Virus record (IMG/VR): IMGVR_UViG_3300020470_000690
Coordinates: 1,494 to 65,493 of that record
Source: a virus
Taxonomy: Duplodnaviria; Caudoviricetes
Direction: 5' to 3' (one strand)
DNA length: 64,000 nucleotides
A program made the translations under genes and the position numbers. The notes beneath the pieces were generated by a model that was not told the origin of the DNA, searched no databases, and worked only from the letters and a program-made list of their open reading frames with translations. Shown piece by piece: positions 54,798 through 63,645 of this stretch. Position 1 is the first letter of the stretch. Each line of letters opens with the position of its first letter.

Positions 54798-54946
54798 TAT
54801 CTACCTTGTCCTCGGTACTTCTTTTTGGCACCATTTCTAGAAGTAGCAGAATACTTTGTGTTCTTACTAGTACCTTGACGAGTCATCTTTGGTGTGGATG
54901 GTACATAATTACCAGTTCCCCATGCACCCATGCTTGCTTTTGCCAT
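54797..54946 (-). CDS. Small basic protein, 49 aa (not in ORF track)
   Basis: MAKASMGAWGTGNYVPSTPKMTRQGTSKNTKYSATSRNGAKKKYRGQGR; fills the PAAR-SET gap, and its stop overlaps the SET start (TAATG). Confidence 0.75.
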   Translation of the reverse strand: MAKASMGAWGTGNYVPSTPKMTRQGTSKNTKYSATSRNGAKKKYRGQGR

Positions 54947-54961
54947 AATAATCTCTAACTT

Positions 54962-55492
54962 TTAAGATGATAACACATTTGGACTTCCATACGCAACTAC
55001 GGATGAACAAGGATAACTAAATCCTGGGAATCCGATGCCCAATGGATCCAAAATTCTACCTATTGGTAGCTTAGTACAGTATGTAGCGAAGGTAGTTGCC
55101 CATAAGAACCTCATATGACCTATACCCATGTCCTCAATCGTCAATGCCGAGCATGGAATGGGTGTTGGAATAGGGCACATTGCCTTTCCACAAGGACACA
55201 TGTATATAATTATGTTAGTACACGGTGATGGATGGTTGATAAACGTATCACCAAAGGTCAAAGTCGGTAAAAAGTTCGTCAATACCGTTGCTTTGAGTGG
55301 ACTCATTGTCCCAGTGAGTATCATTGGGAACGGTGGCCACCAACAAGTGAACTCTTTTATCCTAATTGTGTAAGGAATTGGTGGAGTTCCACATGCTTGG
55401 ACACTATGTACAGTAGATGGGATGCAGATACCATGCCCTGAACACGGTAAGCCCGTGTAAGGTGCGACTGGTAGTAACATTCCATAAGCCAT
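54962..55492 (-). CDS. PAAR-like spike tip protein (T4 gp5.4-like), Cys/Pro-rich expanded form
   Basis: CSGHG near the N-terminus, GDTFINH, GH, and C-terminal GRILDP...CSSVVAYGSPNVL. Confidence 0.7.
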   Translation of the reverse strand: MAYGMLLPVAPYTGLPCSGHGICIPSTVHSVQACGTPPIPYTIRIKEFTCWWPPFPMILTGTMSPLKATVLTNFLPTLTFGDTFINHPSPCTNIIIYMCPCGKAMCPIPTPIPCSALTIEDMGIGHMRFLWATTFATYCTKLPIGRILDPLGIGFPGFSYPCSSVVAYGSPNVLSS

Positions 55493-58400
55493 TATTCACT
55501 ATGCTCCAAATTAGTTTCGGGAATTACGAAGGTAGGATCGTATTCTTCCCTATCTGGATCTGTAGGATCCCATGATACCGTCGCAATTCTCTCTTTCTGC
55601 TGTAATGATTTAGGAGGATTAACAATAGAAGTCATTTGACCGAAGACTAGATCACATTCAGTGAAGTAAGGATTACCTACATTACGTACTGTATCACCAA
55701 ATACTATGGTTGCACCAGTATTATAATTCTTAACATCCATAGTACCATTAGTAGGTCCTAGAATAATCTCAAATTCACTACAAAGTTTAGGGTTAACTGC
55801 TATTGCAGCATCAGAAACAAACTCCAATGCTAGGTCTCCACACCCAGGAGGGTTAGCTATGTAATTAACGTCCCAGTACCCTCCTGTAGGCGTTCTATCG
55901 GTGCCTGGAGGAGGATTGGATGGATTGTACCCACAATATGCATTTAATGGTCCATTCGTGTTAGAAGTGGTTCTGAGGTAGGTGTCCCAACATTCATTAG
56001 GTGGCATGCCATTTACAAGACTTGTATTAACTGAAATATCAGTATAAGTCTGAGTATACGACTGACCATCGGAACTATCAACCCAAGTATATGTTGTATT
56101 GGCACTATAACCACTTAGATTATCACCCAACCATGTCTGGAACTGCTCTAATTCACTAAATCCTTGTCTATTATAGTCATAAGTGTTCTCATCACTACCT
56201 ACTGGAACGAAAATAATGTCATTTGCGTTGGTAGAATCCCTATAACAACGTCCTTCGATGGCACCTCTCTTGCATGGCCAGCATGGAGAGTTGTTTGGAG
56301 CACTCTTTCTAGTCTCTGTGAGTTTAGGTTCAGGCAATCCCTTAAGGAAAGTCATGAATTCTTGCCCCTGAGCACCTGTTGTATGCCCCTCACAGACCAT
56401 TGATACCCTGAAACTGGCATTATCTGACTTGGAAGCACAATATTTGTGAACCATATACCCAAATGCTCGGTTCTCACCGTTCTCATTAGTCTTAATATAC
56501 GGACAAGGTATGTCGTAGAACCGTTGTGCAGAGTAAAATTTAGGTTGTCCTATCTTAACACAAGGATTTCCACCATTAAATCCATACAAACCACCCAATG
56601 CATCTGCTTTTCCGTCTGCATCCCTAGTAGAAGCTAGTAATGTGGGATACTGATTGTCCATAAACTCGGAAAATTCATCACTTCCATTAACCATTCCTTG
56701 CACATCTTCCACTTTAAAGAGTGCATCCTCAATAGTTCTAGGGAATTCTATGTTAATACACCCTGCAGGGAGGTTATTACACAGGCTAGTTTCCTCTTCT
56801 TTGTCTACATCGTTCATTCTCAGGTACCCAACAGGGTACTGAGCGGTAAATCCATTCATTAAAGTGTTAAGTCCACCGATAACACCGATGTCCATAACGT
56901 CCATTTCCGAGTCATTAGCAGATGTACCCTTCTTAAGTTCCTGCTTAAGACCCTTTGGATGCCTAATTGCGTCTTTATACTTCTCTACATGCCCTTGTGT
57001 ATTGGGACCTCTGATCTTATAGGTCTCTGTTTCTACATCAACGATGTAAACTTGAGGTTTATTGTCAGGATCGAAGTCATATCCTGACCCTCTGTCAGTA
57101 ATTAGTATCTCTTCTATGGTTCCATTGTCATCTAATTTGGTGATTTGTAGCTTTGCCTTCCTAAATTCAGTCTTTCCTTTACCTTCACCAGTCTGACGAC
57201 GTAGTTTTTTGCTCTCTACACTGATTGATTGACTAGTACCTGCGATCTGAACATCACTATTTTCCGAATAAGGCATCAATCTTTCTCTTTCTTGATACGT
57301 TTCTTCGTTCTTTTCGTTGTGAATAGCGGATTGCTTCTCCTTAATGTCCTTCATCATGAAGTTATTCTTGTCACCACGTGGGTTATACACGGGATCTTCA
57401 GGTGCTTCTAGTGTTTGACCACTCCAACCACCCATACCATGTAGTGTTTTACGTGATAAATCGTTAGCACCTAGTTCAGTTAGTACTGCAGGCTGCTCAA
57501 TATCGATCTTAGGTTTAACATATCCGAAGCCACCATTGATAATATCGATGGATGCTACCTGTCCTTTGTTGTCTATGTTCGCAACTATCTCTGCTCTGTC
57601 CAAAGTACGGGTAGCAATCAGTTGTTCTGGGTCAATTTCTACCTGATAGTACTGAATTTTCTTCGGAAATTCGTATACACCAGCAAAGCCCGCCTTATCT
57701 GCTATACCAAAGCCCGCAAGAACTACGATTGCACCACCATCTGTGGAAGTAAATGCCTGATTATAGTTAAAAGCACTACCTTCACCACTCAATTCCATGT
57801 ATCCTACCTTAAGTTCATCACCAAAATAGCGTAATTGAGTGATATCCCACCCATTAATCTGTTCACCAATGTAAAAAGCACCTGATGTGGTGGTATATCT
57901 GAAGAGAATTCTACGGGATTCGGTATCAAAGACGTTATAAGACTCATTAATGTTCTGTGATGCCATGTCTGACAGCACTAATTTGGTCTTCATGGTCTCC
58001 CAAGAGTCCTCTCGGATCTCATAGAACCTACTGTAGTACTCTATATTGGGATCACATATGTCATTACCGTTATTATTCTGATTATTAGGACAACAAGCAG
58101 CATCACTTAACGCAAAATTGATACCAAAAATTGGTCCGTTCCATGGATATGAGGTATCATACAGATAATAGATGAATTGAGAGTCATAAGATGTCTCAAA
58201 AGAGAGGTATCTAGGCAGTGCTGCCTTAACTGCACCATTAAGCCCGTAGAACCATTCGAATAATGCGTCAGTAGTATTGACACCATTGACGTTTGCAGGG
58301 TTACCCCAACCTTGTGTTGCGGGTACACCGTTCTGTTCTCGTAAATATTTCTCTAAAGTCCACTCATTGTTCCACTGAAACCAGTCACTACGGTTAACAT

Positions 58401-59586
58401 TGCACTCTCCAGTAGGACCAATGGCAGCAATATCTCGCATGAGTTTCTTTGCTGCTGTAGATCTATCCTGTTGGAAGACATATCCTACTATTCCAACGTA
58501 AGTATAGTTCTGATCTCGTGGGTCTTTACAGTCTGGGACTCCAGCAACTCCCGTTTGTAGGTTCACTTCCTCTTGTGGGGCTATCGTGTAGAAATGATCC
58601 CGACGTGTAGTATTCGTATTCCACAGGTATTCGTATAAAGGGACGGGTGTCTCTCCAGATACTGCATATGCTTGTGCATTTGCCAATGATGTCCATATGT
58701 GTCCTATAGTGCTTACTAGTTCATAATCCCCTGGATAACCAATGGATAGTGTTGCATTACAATCATTACCATGACCATCCTTAAAGCATATAGTCTGATC
58801 ACCATTTATCAGATCAAATCCAGCAGCATTACCATTAGTAATGGTGCAGTTGTATGTCTGACCCGCTGTTACAGTAGCTGTCTGGCTTGGTAATGATCCA
58901 GTTTGTACACCTGATGTCTGTGTGAAGGATATTCCAAGAGAAGGAATCGCATAAGTTCCAAGTGCAACACCAGCAGTATTAGGATTATCATTCCAACTGA
59001 ATCTAAATTCTATAGTTCCAGTCCCTGTACCACCAACAACTAAGTTACCAGATAAATCAAAGGTTGGAGTAACAGTAGTAGGTGAAGTACTCAACAACGT
59101 ATCATTGATGTCATTATTGTAGTAAGCAACCAATGGTGTAGTCTTTCCTGGTATATCTGTTTTAGACAACCAAAAGACAGCACGTCCATCACGAGGTTCT
59201 CTGTTATATCCTCTACCTACTTTCTCTCTTTTACTCCTAGGTTCACCTGGGAAGTCATAAGAGTAATCAAAGTACTTTGTATCTGTATACTTATGGTCTG
59301 TATATTTGCCTCTGTACCACCTGTATATTGCCCTCCTATACCCATCACAGTTTGCTCCTACACAAGTTTCCTCTTCGTCACCAATATAATAGACAATATC
59401 CTTCCCCATGATCATGGTGCCAGGACCAAAATCATTAAATGTTATATTATAATTTGTTCCAGGACCTGAGTGATAATCGTGGCTACGATAATCGCCATTA
59501 CTAGGACGTTTATACGTATTCGTATACGTCTGCTGAGTAACGGCATTTGGATATCCACGACCTGTCTCAAGTATGTAAGAAGGCAT
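55492..59586 (-). CDS. Large putative virion structural protein (1364 aa)
   Basis: Coupled to the PAAR gene; contains VPLYEY...DHFYT...E...Y.YVGIVGYVF modules and G.V..I.I..GG.GY repeats; Cys-rich C-terminal half. Confidence 0.6.
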   Translation of the reverse strand: MPSYILETGRGYPNAVTQQTYTNTYKRPSNGDYRSHDYHSGPGTNYNITFNDFGPGTMIMGKDIVYYIGDEEETCVGANCDGYRRAIYRWYRGKYTDHKYTDTKYFDYSYDFPGEPRSKREKVGRGYNREPRDGRAVFWLSKTDIPGKTTPLVAYYNNDINDTLLSTSPTTVTPTFDLSGNLVVGGTGTGTIEFRFSWNDNPNTAGVALGTYAIPSLGISFTQTSGVQTGSLPSQTATVTAGQTYNCTITNGNAAGFDLINGDQTICFKDGHGNDCNATLSIGYPGDYELVSTIGHIWTSLANAQAYAVSGETPVPLYEYLWNTNTTRRDHFYTIAPQEEVNLQTGVAGVPDCKDPRDQNYTYVGIVGYVFQQDRSTAAKKLMRDIAAIGPTGECNVNRSDWFQWNNEWTLEKYLREQNGVPATQGWGNPANVNGVNTTDALFEWFYGLNGAVKAALPRYLSFETSYDSQFIYYLYDTSYPWNGPIFGINFALSDAACCPNNQNNNGNDICDPNIEYYSRFYEIREDSWETMKTKLVLSDMASQNINESYNVFDTESRRILFRYTTTSGAFYIGEQINGWDITQLRYFGDELKVGYMELSGEGSAFNYNQAFTSTDGGAIVVLAGFGIADKAGFAGVYEFPKKIQYYQVEIDPEQLIATRTLDRAEIVANIDNKGQVASIDIINGGFGYVKPKIDIEQPAVLTELGANDLSRKTLHGMGGWSGQTLEAPEDPVYNPRGDKNNFMMKDIKEKQSAIHNEKNEETYQERERLMPYSENSDVQIAGTSQSISVESKKLRRQTGEGKGKTEFRKAKLQITKLDDNGTIEEILITDRGSGYDFDPDNKPQVYIVDVETETYKIRGPNTQGHVEKYKDAIRHPKGLKQELKKGTSANDSEMDVMDIGVIGGLNTLMNGFTAQYPVGYLRMNDVDKEEETSLCNNLPAGCINIEFPRTIEDALFKVEDVQGMVNGSDEFSEFMDNQYPTLLASTRDADGKADALGGLYGFNGGNPCVKIGQPKFYSAQRFYDIPCPYIKTNENGENRAFGYMVHKYCASKSDNASFRVSMVCEGHTTGAQGQEFMTFLKGLPEPKLTETRKSAPNNSPCWPCKRGAIEGRCYRDSTNANDIIFVPVGSDENTYDYNRQGFSELEQFQTWLGDNLSGYSANTTYTWVDSSDGQSYTQTYTDISVNTSLVNGMPPNECWDTYLRTTSNTNGPLNAYCGYNPSNPPPGTDRTPTGGYWDVNYIANPPGCGDLALEFVSDAAIAVNPKLCSEFEIILGPTNGTMDVKNYNTGATIVFGDTVRNVGNPYFTECDLVFGQMTSIVNPPKSLQQKERIATVSWDPTDPDREEYDPTFVIPETNLEHSE

Positions 59587-59834
59587 TACTTCTCTAATTC
59601 TTTAATACGACCCTCCAACATATTTAGTCTAGTATACAGATCGTCAAATATTTGCGTGAGATTAAGATAGTCCTCATAGTCAGGTGGTTTGTACTTAATC
59701 ATATCAGCACCAGGTTTAGGTATATGCCCAAACGCTTCTTCTATACCCTCCTGACGCTTTGCTAGGTTCTCTATTGCCTTGCTGATCATCTCCATGTGTT
59801 CAGCATAGATCTCCTCAAATGATTTTTCACTCAT
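59586..59834 (-). CDS. Hypothetical coiled-coil protein (likely start MSEKSF at 59834 rather than 59906)
   Basis: ATG at 59834 overlaps the upstream stop region; IKYKPP...LTQIFDDLYTRLNMLE. Confidence 0.65.
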   Translation of the reverse strand: MSEKSFEEIYAEHMEMISKAIENLAKRQEGIEEAFGHIPKPGADMIKYKPPDYEDYLNLTQIFDDLYTRLNMLEGRIKELEK

Positions 59835-60012
59835 AACCTTTCTGCCTCTTCCAATCAGCATACATGCCACCGAATAGCATGCCCTCATGAGACTTGATCT
59901 CAGCACCTTTAAGGAGTTCCTTCTGTCTATCAGTGAGGTTCTTATTCATGGTGAGATATTCAGTTTCCCATTCGGGAATCTCTTTTAGCATTTGCTCGTT
60001 CATAATAAACAA
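59827..60012 (-). CDS. Small hypothetical phage protein
   Basis: MLKEIPEWETEYL...ELLKGAEIKSHEGMLFGGMYADWK; start may be at 60003. Confidence 0.65.
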   Translation of the reverse strand: MFIMNEQMLKEIPEWETEYLTMNKNLTDRQKELLKGAEIKSHEGMLFGGMYADWKRQKGYE

Positions 60013-60710
60013 CTTAAATTCATTGAGTCTTCGGGGTGGTTGTCTGCCATGTACTCCATTGCTTCATTAGTATAGATATCCCATGCTATAGCATATCTAT
60101 TCTCATTACATTCAGGTACATAGTGTTCGACCCATGAAGGGAACCATACCATATTACCACATTTTGCTTCAGGTTTAAAGTTCCCACAGTACGTACTATA
60201 GTGTGGGATTATGTATTCCGTCTGTATATTACTATTATGGAGCAGGAGGTTACCAGATAAGAATGTATTCTCATGCATCGAATGTGAGTGAATAGGTAGT
60301 TTCTCTCCTATCCTTGTACAATGCATCCATCCTCTAATCCACAGTTGATCAGAAAAGACGATTTTTAATTCATCTCCAAACTCATATAAGGATTCCTTTA
60401 TACGTTCTTTTAACTGAAGTGCTATAGGATCATCAGTTAAGAAAAAGTTATAGGTAGTCCAATGACCAATCTTTTCTTCTACCTTAGTTAAGCCCGCAAG
60501 TATAGTATTACATAACTGATTGTCTACCGTATCCAGATACATGGGACAATCCCACGTAGGGGCAAAGGGGGTTTTTGGTTGCCAACTTGACCACCTATAC
60601 AATTTCTCGTTGTTGGTGGGTTGACGACCTGGGCATGTCTCTATGACATTCTCCCCTTGCATATCGAATCTCGCTGCCATAGCAGCACACTGAATACAGA
60701 TCAAGTCCAC
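60000..60710 (-). CDS. Putative 2OG-Fe(II) oxygenase (TIGR02466-like)
   Basis: WMH...HSH...FLSG, GNMVWFPSWVEHYV, RYAIAWD; start uncertain. Confidence 0.78.
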   Translation of the reverse strand: MDLICIQCAAMAARFDMQGENVIETCPGRQPTNNEKLYRWSSWQPKTPFAPTWDCPMYLDTVDNQLCNTILAGLTKVEEKIGHWTTYNFFLTDDPIALQLKERIKESLYEFGDELKIVFSDQLWIRGWMHCTRIGEKLPIHSHSMHENTFLSGNLLLHNSNIQTEYIIPHYSTYCGNFKPEAKCGNMVWFPSWVEHYVPECNENRYAIAWDIYTNEAMEYMADNHPEDSMNLSCLL

Positions 60711-60734
60711 GGTGGTTTTTTCGGGGGAATTTTT

Positions 60735-60920
60735 TTAGAGGTCCTTATCGACAACTTCATCGTCTGACTTCTTAATAATCAAACTGCCATCGATCTCATC
60801 CTCATATTCTAGCACATCACCATACTTCCAACCTAAATCATCCATCAGATCGTCTGGAAATGTAATAAAGAGTTCCCCATGCTCGTCAGAATCTATCTGT
60901 AAAGTATAGCGATTTGACAT
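60735..60920 (-). CDS. AbrB/MazE-like DNA-binding protein
   Basis: GELFITFPDDLMDDLGWKYGDVLEY...DGSLIIKK. Confidence 0.75.
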   Translation of the reverse strand: MSNRYTLQIDSDEHGELFITFPDDLMDDLGWKYGDVLEYEDEIDGSLIIKKSDDEVVDKDL

Positions 60921-60954
60921 AGGAATTATTTCTCAATAACACTTTATATAGTGT

Positions 60955-61443
60955 TTACACTTTTCTCAACACCAACTCTGTGTTAGTAAGATACCATGAG
61001 CAGTTGTCGTCATGTAGATCGACAATATCAGATTCGCACTGGTAGGGATGGTGTAACATCCATCCTTCCCCTAGGTAGATACCGATATGGTTGCACAGAC
61101 GCTTACCATCCACTCTGTAACCGCCCCCTAGCGGGTCGATAAACAAGTGCATGATCATTACATCCCCAAACTCCATTATATTCATATCGAAGGACTCATC
61201 GTTCCTACCAGTGTAGACAACAGTGCTCCCTCCCTGACGCTGTGATTCTGCTTCGATGTACTCAGGTTTAAACAGATACTTCTTCTCTGATGGGTAGTCA
61301 AACAACTCCATCCCGAACTGTTCCTTATAGAACTTCAGGATGATGTCATAACACCCTCCGATTGCTTTCTTCTCTTTCCACCACGGAATGCCTATGTAAT
61401 CCTTCCATACCTCGTAAACTTCGTCGTATCTTTTTCTTGCCAT
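60955..61443 (-). CDS. NlpC/P60-family peptidase
   Basis: YIGIPW...GGCYDII..FY (catalytic Cys), GDVMIM, NHIGIYLGEGWMLHH (catalytic His). Confidence 0.8.
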   Translation of the reverse strand: MARKRYDEVYEVWKDYIGIPWWKEKKAIGGCYDIILKFYKEQFGMELFDYPSEKKYLFKPEYIEAESQRQGGSTVVYTGRNDESFDMNIMEFGDVMIMHLFIDPLGGGYRVDGKRLCNHIGIYLGEGWMLHHPYQCESDIVDLHDDNCSWYLTNTELVLRKV

Positions 61444-61496
61444 GATGTAGTAGTATTTTTAGGAGTTCATACGAAGTTATCGCAATATATGAGAGT

Positions 61497-61655
61497 TCAT
61501 GTTTTATCATTCTCAGATTTGCGTTTCTTCGTGCGGCGTTTAATTAGTTTAGCATACCTCACATCCTCTTTGGTGTAATAACCTGGATGCTCTTTTGCAA
61601 CTTTGATAATTTTCTTAGCAGCTTTCCTATCTGATTTTCTTTTTTGTTCGTCCAA
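61497..61655 (-). CDS. Small basic hypothetical protein, 52 aa, TTG start (not in ORF track)
   Basis: (M)DEQKRKSDRKAAKKIIKVAKEHPGYYTKEDVRYAKLIKRRTKKRKSENDKT. Confidence 0.6.
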   Translation of the reverse strand: MDEQKRKSDRKAAKKIIKVAKEHPGYYTKEDVRYAKLIKRRTKKRKSENDKT

Positions 61656-61818
61656 CCTCTGTGACCTTTTTTTATATACGAAAAATTTTTAAAATGCTTT
61701 TAAATATAACAACCGCTCTGGGATACGTTTATAGCTTAGCGTTAGGTACTTTTTTAATAACGCCCTATGTAACAAGCAACGCCAAGGATTAACCAACTGT
61801 CGATATCACTTAGCACTG

Positions 61819-62019
61819 TTAATCGTCAGGGACATAGTAACACAAACCCTCTGCAACAAAGTAATCACATAGTTGCTGATATTTACCATGTAAAATGTTA
61901 TCGAGACCACAGTCAATTAGTCCCTGTGCTAATACAATCTGTTCATCAGGTGGGAGAGAACCAAGGTCGTACAATTCCATTAGAAATTGTAAAGAACGTG
62001 GGATAGATTGTACTGTCAT
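61819..62019 (-). CDS. Small hypothetical protein
   Basis: ORF track; overlaps the upstream stop (ATGA coupling). Confidence 0.6.
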   Translation of the reverse strand: MTVQSIPRSLQFLMELYDLGSLPPDEQIVLAQGLIDCGLDNILHGKYQQLCDYFVAEGLCYYVPDD

Positions 62020-62201
62020 TTGTTACTATAACTCTCAGCATCTTTTAGACATTGTTGATAAGAACTGAAAGGACCATTCTTATTACATTGTGGGTAATCA
62101 TATGCCCAAAAGTGTTTAGAACCCTTTGCCCACAGTTTAACATTAACTGGGGGTGAAGTTTCGAGTGTAATTGTTTTAGTCATGAGGGGCAAATAAGGCA
62201 A
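62016..62201 (-). CDS. Small hypothetical protein
   Basis: ORF track; likely start at MTKTI. Confidence 0.55.
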   Translation of the reverse strand: MPYLPLMTKTITLETSPPVNVKLWAKGSKHFWAYDYPQCNKNGPFSSYQQCLKDAESYSNK

Positions 62202-62251
62202 GAGAAAGTGTTAATAATTGACCTGTATATTATGTCTCCTTTCTTATCACT

Positions 62252-62440
62252 TTATCCAGAGTAATTGTCATCACTATGTGAATTAAACTGTCTGGTGGGT
62301 TTGTTATACTTTTCCCCATAGTCTGTGGAAAAAGTATCATTGTACCGTGAACGATTGCGACTCGATTGTTGTCTCTTTTCCCGAATAGATTTCGGTCTAT
62401 TTGACTTATACGTGTCGTTACGTTTGTATGTCCTACCCAT
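62252..62440 (-). CDS. Small basic hypothetical protein
   Basis: MGRTYKRND...KSIREKRQ; lies directly downstream of a near-consensus sigma70 promoter. Confidence 0.65.
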   Translation of the reverse strand: MGRTYKRNDTYKSNRPKSIREKRQQSSRNRSRYNDTFSTDYGEKYNKPTRQFNSHSDDNYSG

Positions 62441-62481
62441 GGGTAATTAGATTACGTAGTTGTAACTTTGTAACTGTATCT

Positions 62482-62510
62482 ATTGTATATAGTATTCTCT
62501 GAAAAGTCAA
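62482..62510 (-). promoter_or_regulatory. Sigma70-type early promoter TTGACT-N17-TACAAT
   Basis: -35 at 62505-62510, -10 at 62482-62487, exact 17-nt spacer. Confidence 0.75.
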
Positions 62511-62546
62511 CCCCTATATGACATTTTGTGTTGTGTCCCTTAAATG

Positions 62547-62575
62547 TTGACAACTCCTACATAATAGAGTACACT
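62547..62575 (+). promoter_or_regulatory. Divergent sigma70-type promoter TTGACA-N17-TACACT
   Basis: Perfect -35 at 62547-62552, -10 at 62570-62575; no + strand ORF of 60 aa or more downstream. Confidence 0.5.
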
Positions 62576-62719
62576 CTTAGACAACAACAGTCAGCAAGAT
62601 TAACTCATCTATTTAACACTTAACCATATTAAATTAAACATTTAAAATAATACCGTATTTCTACACATACCTGTGGAAAAGTGTTAATAACCTGTGGAAA
62701 AGTATACATGGTATTGTTG

Positions 62720-62938
62720 TTAATTAGTGTACAGACTTGCATCAGTTGTTAGATATCTAATATGCTCATCTGCAAGAAATAAGATATCATCGTAAATTGC
62801 GGAATAGTCATAATTGTTTGCTACTTGTTTAGAAAGTTCAGCAATTGCGTTATCATCTAGATCAGGATATTCATCTGCTAATGTGTTATTAATTGATGCA
62901 GTGATTGTGTACTCAATTGGTGTAATCGTGAGTGCCAT
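62720..62938 (-). CDS. Small acidic hypothetical protein
   Basis: ORF track; same orientation as neighbours. Confidence 0.6.
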   Translation of the reverse strand: MALTITPIEYTITASINNTLADEYPDLDDNAIAELSKQVANNYDYSAIYDDILFLADEHIRYLTTDASLYTN

Positions 62939-63133
62939 GATTGTGATGATAAAGTGTTAGTAAGTGTTTAGTCGTTAAGTATACTTAATTTCCTGGATTT
63001 AGGGGGATTGTATACACTTTGCACGTTTTGTGGTTTGGTATACTTAGGGGTGATGATTAGTGGTTGAGTTGTTGATACTTTAGAGGGCATAGTTTGTGTT
63101 GATTTAATGATATTTAGTAAGGGGAGATTAGGT

Positions 63134-63457
63134 CTAGGTTAATATCATTCCATTGTCAAATGTTGTAGTCTCATTGTTATAACTAACGAACCATTCCCAG
63201 TTCTTTTGGAATACTCTAGCACCATACTTTACTTCATCTAAAATAGCATTTAGTCTTGATTTTGTTGTATTAGTTTCATATCCACATGAGTCTAATTGTA
63301 TTGAGTTAGTGTTATGATCGTAGCATGCAATTTCATGACCATGTAGATAAACAGATGAACGATTCTCTTCTTGATTGTATACAACTTGAGTGTTAGATTG
63401 TGACCAGTTGTTCTTACTAACTAGAGCACGATTCATGTTCTGTTCGATTTTACGCAT
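63134..63457 (-). CDS. Conserved phage early hypothetical protein
   Basis: MRKIE..M..A.....NW...NT.V, VYLHGHEIA, CGYETNTTKSRLNAIL, VFQKNWEWFV; -10 TATAAT at 63489-63494. Confidence 0.75.
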   Translation of the reverse strand: MRKIEQNMNRALVSKNNWSQSNTQVVYNQEENRSSVYLHGHEIACYDHNTNSIQLDSCGYETNTTKSRLNAILDEVKYGARVFQKNWEWFVSYNNETTTFDNGMILT

Positions 63458-63524
63458 GGGTGAAAGTTCTGTGTTTGTTGTTATTAATATTATAGGGGAT
63501 ATTGAGCGATTTTGGCATTAAATG

Positions 63525-63544
63525 GGACAGTTTGTATACTGTCC
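63525..63544. promoter_or_regulatory. Palindromic operator-like motif GGACAGT-N6-ACTGTCC
   Basis: Perfect 7-bp inverted repeat about 30 nt upstream of a TATAAT; related GACA-N10-TGTC at 62520-62537. Confidence 0.5.
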
Positions 63545-63645
63545 TTATTGTGTTGTTTAATCCGTGGTTCTATGGTATTAATGTATAAATTAGTACCTGA
63601 AAGTATCACGAGGATTGTTAACATGATGTTCTTGTACATTTGGGT

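Larger units (their letters stand above)
62310..62701. other. Putative replication origin-like region: TTTTCCACA boxes and AT-rich tract
   Basis: TGTGGAAAA at 62324, 62672 and 62693; TTTTCCCCA at 62310; very AT-rich stretch at 62600-62652. Confidence 0.45.

Noticed and set aside
59835-59906. N-terminal extension of the 59586..59906 ORF
   Set aside because: It overlaps the upstream gene extensively; the ATG at 59834 gives normal coupling.
62968-63639. Two tiny minus-strand ORFs (62968..63090, 40 aa; 63490..63639, 49 aa)
   Set aside because: Plausible for an early region but unsupported by motifs; the second runs across the promoter and palindrome, so neither is listed as a feature.
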